Assembly: GCF_030028105.1 (NCBI RefSeq)
Contig: NC_092377.1
Coordinates: forward strand, 126,622,242 to 126,686,241
DNA length: 64,000 nt
DNA from: Mobula birostris
Lineage: Eukaryota
Direction: 5' to 3'
Shown here in pieces: positions 60,690 through 64,000 of this stretch. Each line of letters begins with the position of its first letter. The stretch's first letter is position 1. A program made the position numbers and the translations under genes. The notes beneath the pieces were generated by a model. It was given only the letters and a program-made list of their open reading frames with translations, was not told the DNA's origin and ran no database searches.

Positions 60690-61560
60690 CACTCTGGCAG
60701 GCCAGTTCCGTCCGCAGTACAGTAACTGTGTGTGGTGCGGACTCTGTGACAACACTCCCACCCGATTTGCTTCAGCGCTACCGGGTCTCAGCGGCACTAC
60801 ATGATCCCGGGCACCGGAAGATGGCCCGGCAGTTATACAAATGGGAACGGGAACCTCTTTCTCCTGAGTTACCTCACTGGTCGTGCGATCCCTCACTTGC
60901 CCTGTCTCCTCACCGCCCCTCCCGCTGTGGTTCCTCAGCCGAGGAGTTCAAACTGATCTGCACCGAGAATCGCCATCTTTGTGATTCAAATCAGGGAGAC
61001 AAGACACAGAGAGAGGGAAAGAGCAAGGGCGAGAGCGATGAAGAGAAAGAGGGAGGGAGATGGGGTCATGGAGATGTGGGGAGACAGAAAGAAGTGGTTA
61101 GGGTTAATGGAGACGGAGAGACAGGCAAATACTCACCGAGCTCCGGGCCGCCATCAGCTCCTCACCCGACCCCTGCTCATAGGCTGTCCACTGAGTTCAG
61201 TCAGCGCCTCCGACCTGTCGCTCCCTTCCGCACCAGGCGAGCTCTCCGCTTCGGTTGGCACCAGCCGATCCCACTGGAACTGCTTTCCTCTCGGGGTCGA
61301 GCGCTGGCGCTCCGGACGCCCGATACGGGAGGAGCAGCGGCCGCTCAGCCGGGACAGGAAGGTGCGGCAGCGAAAATCAGCTCCCCTTTCACTGTCTGAC
61401 GTCCTGTCCGGGGGCCGGACTGTACCTGACCGTCCGGAAACTCATAACACCGTTCCATCGGAAGTGGGGGGCGGGTGGAATAGCCGCCCTGAGGTGGACC
61501 GAGGGAGAAAACTTGAAGAGGGAACGTCACGGAATAAGCGGCGAGTAGTGAGAAAGGGAG
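60690..61560 (-). promoter_or_regulatory. CpG-rich region, probable promoter and non-coding first exon of gene C (donor TCG|GTGAGT at 61137)
   Basis: Locally high CG density and a strong donor upstream of the leader exon. Confidence 0.5.
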
Positions 61561-62549
61561 GGGACACAACGACCACTGCTTTCCTTTCATTTACCCTCTT
61601 CCCATATTCCTCATCGCTCCAAATCCTTCCTTCACCCCTCCCGACTCACTCTACCCGAAGCCCTACCCTCCCCATTCTGTCCCCCACACAGACAATGGTG
61701 CGAGAAACACAATACATCCAGTAAATTTCAGTCTTATTGGTGAACCCGCCTTGTTAATGAGAGGTCAGACTGGTTCAAGCTGACGGGTTGGGGACAGTAA
61801 CTCAAATAATCACGCGATACAACAGTGTGTGCTAAAGCGCCCCTGAATGTCCAACACATCGAACCTTGCAGTGGATGACGCAGGTCACGAGCACACGGTC
61901 AGTGGCCACTTTATTAGGTACAGGGGTTCCAGAAGTGCTGTGGGAACAAACTAAAGTTAACGTCCTGACGAAGGGTCTCAGCGGAGATATCAAATATTGA
62001 TTAATTTCCCTTCTTGACTGTTGACTCTGCCTGCTTTAATGCGTTGAGTTCGTGCCACATGATTGACCGATTAGATATTTTCATCACCAAGTCGGTGGAG
62101 CTAATAAAGTGGCCACTGAGTGCACTAATGTCCTGTACTGTTGCAAAAACTCATCTTTGGGACATTTATACCCGGGGTAGGTCTGCCGTGACAACTTGCA
62201 GATAACGACAATGAACTTGACGTTAGATTTTTGAATTTAATAAGCTTATCCTTGAGTCTGGTAGGACCAGTTTCAAACTTTAGTATCTTCTGCCTGACGA
62301 GAGCGGGGAGAGGAGAGAATGTCCCGTGTGGGAATGCTCTTTAATACTGTTGGCTGCTCCTCCCATTCTTGCGGGGCCTTGGACACGGTATAGGGGGCTC
62401 CGAGTTGCAGTGGGGACATGAGTGAGAGATTGAGAGAAGATTTGGCAAACAGACCCGAGGTATCCCCAGTAGTGTCCGAGCCTGAAGGGTTTAGGTGAGG
62501 GGGTACGGAGGTCTCGGAGGATTAGGAAACTCCCAGATAGGTTGACCTA

Positions 62550-63432
62550 TGTAGCGCCTGAGGGACAGGGCGTAAGGTCTACTGTTCGGGGAGCAATGTT
62601 TCTGTTTGTACCGGGATTGAGTTTTTGTGCCTGCAGGAAGGGTTGGCGAGTTATTTAGAAGTCATGAGGACATGACTAAATTTGGTGGGGGGAGAGTGTA
62701 ATGGGCTTCTTCTTTTATGTTACTGCTAAGGCTAATAAAATGGCTTCGTTGTTATGTTATAATAAAATGGTTTCTCTGTGATGTTAACTGCTGAGACAGT
62801 GGTTCTCTATAGCAGCTTGTTTTGGGTTATAATTACTGATAACGAGAATTGTATTCATTTGTTAACCAATTGGGGTAGATGTTATTCTTTCTTGTGTGTC
62901 TGTAAGCTATTGTTTTCGCGGGCATTGTGCAGAAGGCGCGATGGGGACATAGAGAGGAGATGCGATGCTGTAAGCTGGGCGAAGGAACGGACCCCGAGCA
63001 GGAGTCCGAGGCCCAGTGTCTTCGGCGATGAGAGGAGACACAGACAAACTCAAGTAGAGTGTTTGGTTGATCACCGAGGGTGGTCCCATTCGTGGGTTGG
63101 CGGAGTTCGGAGGACATCGACTGGAGGAAGGGGGAACCGGTTCTGTAAGAGCTCCAACGATGTGTGCACACAAACTGGATAATAATAATGTCTCCTTTTT
63201 TAAAAAAACAGTTAAACAGTTCTTATTTTGTTCCTTACTATCTACATAGTGAAAGTAAGAGTTATAAAGTGTAATCATTTAATCGCATATGGTGTACTGT
63301 CTGTTATTTGGCGTGTTGGGATACATCACACAGCATCTACACAAACTTGATGACACAGTTTGGCGGGGACCAAGGCCACTCCCCATAGACGAAAGCGAGC
63401 TGAGCGAGCCTGAGGCTTACCAGAGGGCTACA
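62550..63432 (+). mobile_element. LTR-like element
   Basis: Inverted ends tgtagc...gctaca; no matching TSD found. Confidence 0.45.
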
Positions 63433-64000
63433 TATATTCCAGTCCTCTCAAAATGAATGCTAACATTGCATTTGCCTTCCTCACCTCTTGACTCAACCTA
63501 TACGTTAATGTTTAGGGAATCATGCATGAGGACACCCAAGTCCATTTGCATCTTAGATTTTTGAATTCTCTCCCCATTTAGAAAATAGTAATTTCTTAGG
63601 CCATTCTCCTAATCAGTACAAGTCTTCAGTCTCCCTGCTACCTCAATTCTATCTGCCCCTCCACCCTTCTTTATACCATTGTCAAACTGGGGCACAGAAC
63701 CAATTCTGTCATCCAAATGATTTATATACAACGTGCAAAGAAACACTCCCTAAAACAACTGGCACAGACCACTAGAGACCGGCAGCCTTAATTCCCACTC
63801 TTTGCCTCCTTCCAATAGCTAATGCTGTATCCATGCTAGTTCTTTTCCTGTCATACCATGGATTCTTATCTCTTATCTTATCTTAACATGTGCAGCACCT
63901 TGTCAAAGGCCTTCTGAAAATCCAAGCACAACATCCACAGATTATCCTTTGTCTATCCTGCTTGGTATTTCCTCAAAGAATCCCAAGAGATCTGTCATGC

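Noticed and set aside
60671-61724. Long ORFs of 242 and 247 aa as protein-coding genes
   Set aside because: No recognisable domain; they span a GC-rich promoter region and low-complexity purine tracts where stop codons are rare.

Overview
Repeat-dense vertebrate genomic DNA, probably from a cartilaginous fish such as a ray. The organism is inferred only from the repeat repertoire (CR1, Rex/Babar, Penelope, Tx1, Nimb/I, Tc1, hAT, Gypsy-type solo LTRs). Most ORFs in the supplied track are transposon debris. Reading splice sites by eye gives three minus-strand, multi-exon type-I membrane receptor genes. Gene A (CDS 19712-14431, 6 exons, 181 aa) and its paralog gene B (39932-31275) encode a two-exon signal peptide, an unusual ~83-aa domain with 6 conserved Cys and partial Ig-like features, an S/T/P-rich stalk, a TM segment and a very short tail. 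Gene B has a +4 nt frameshift and stop in its stalk exon (secreted, stalk-skipped or pseudogene) and an Asp in its TM segment. Gene C (59552-52985, 306 aa) encodes a signal peptide, two tandem germline V-J-type Ig domains resembling CD28H(TMIGD2)/NKp30, and a TM segment with a Lys, which is activating-receptor architecture. Two extra copies of the A/B first exon (22.9 kb, 48.1 kb), a duplicated antisense promoter-like element, a triplicated poly(A) signal and Penelope-borne minimal hammerhead ribozymes are also present. All gene models come from manual splice-site and reading-frame analysis, with no transcript or database evidence.
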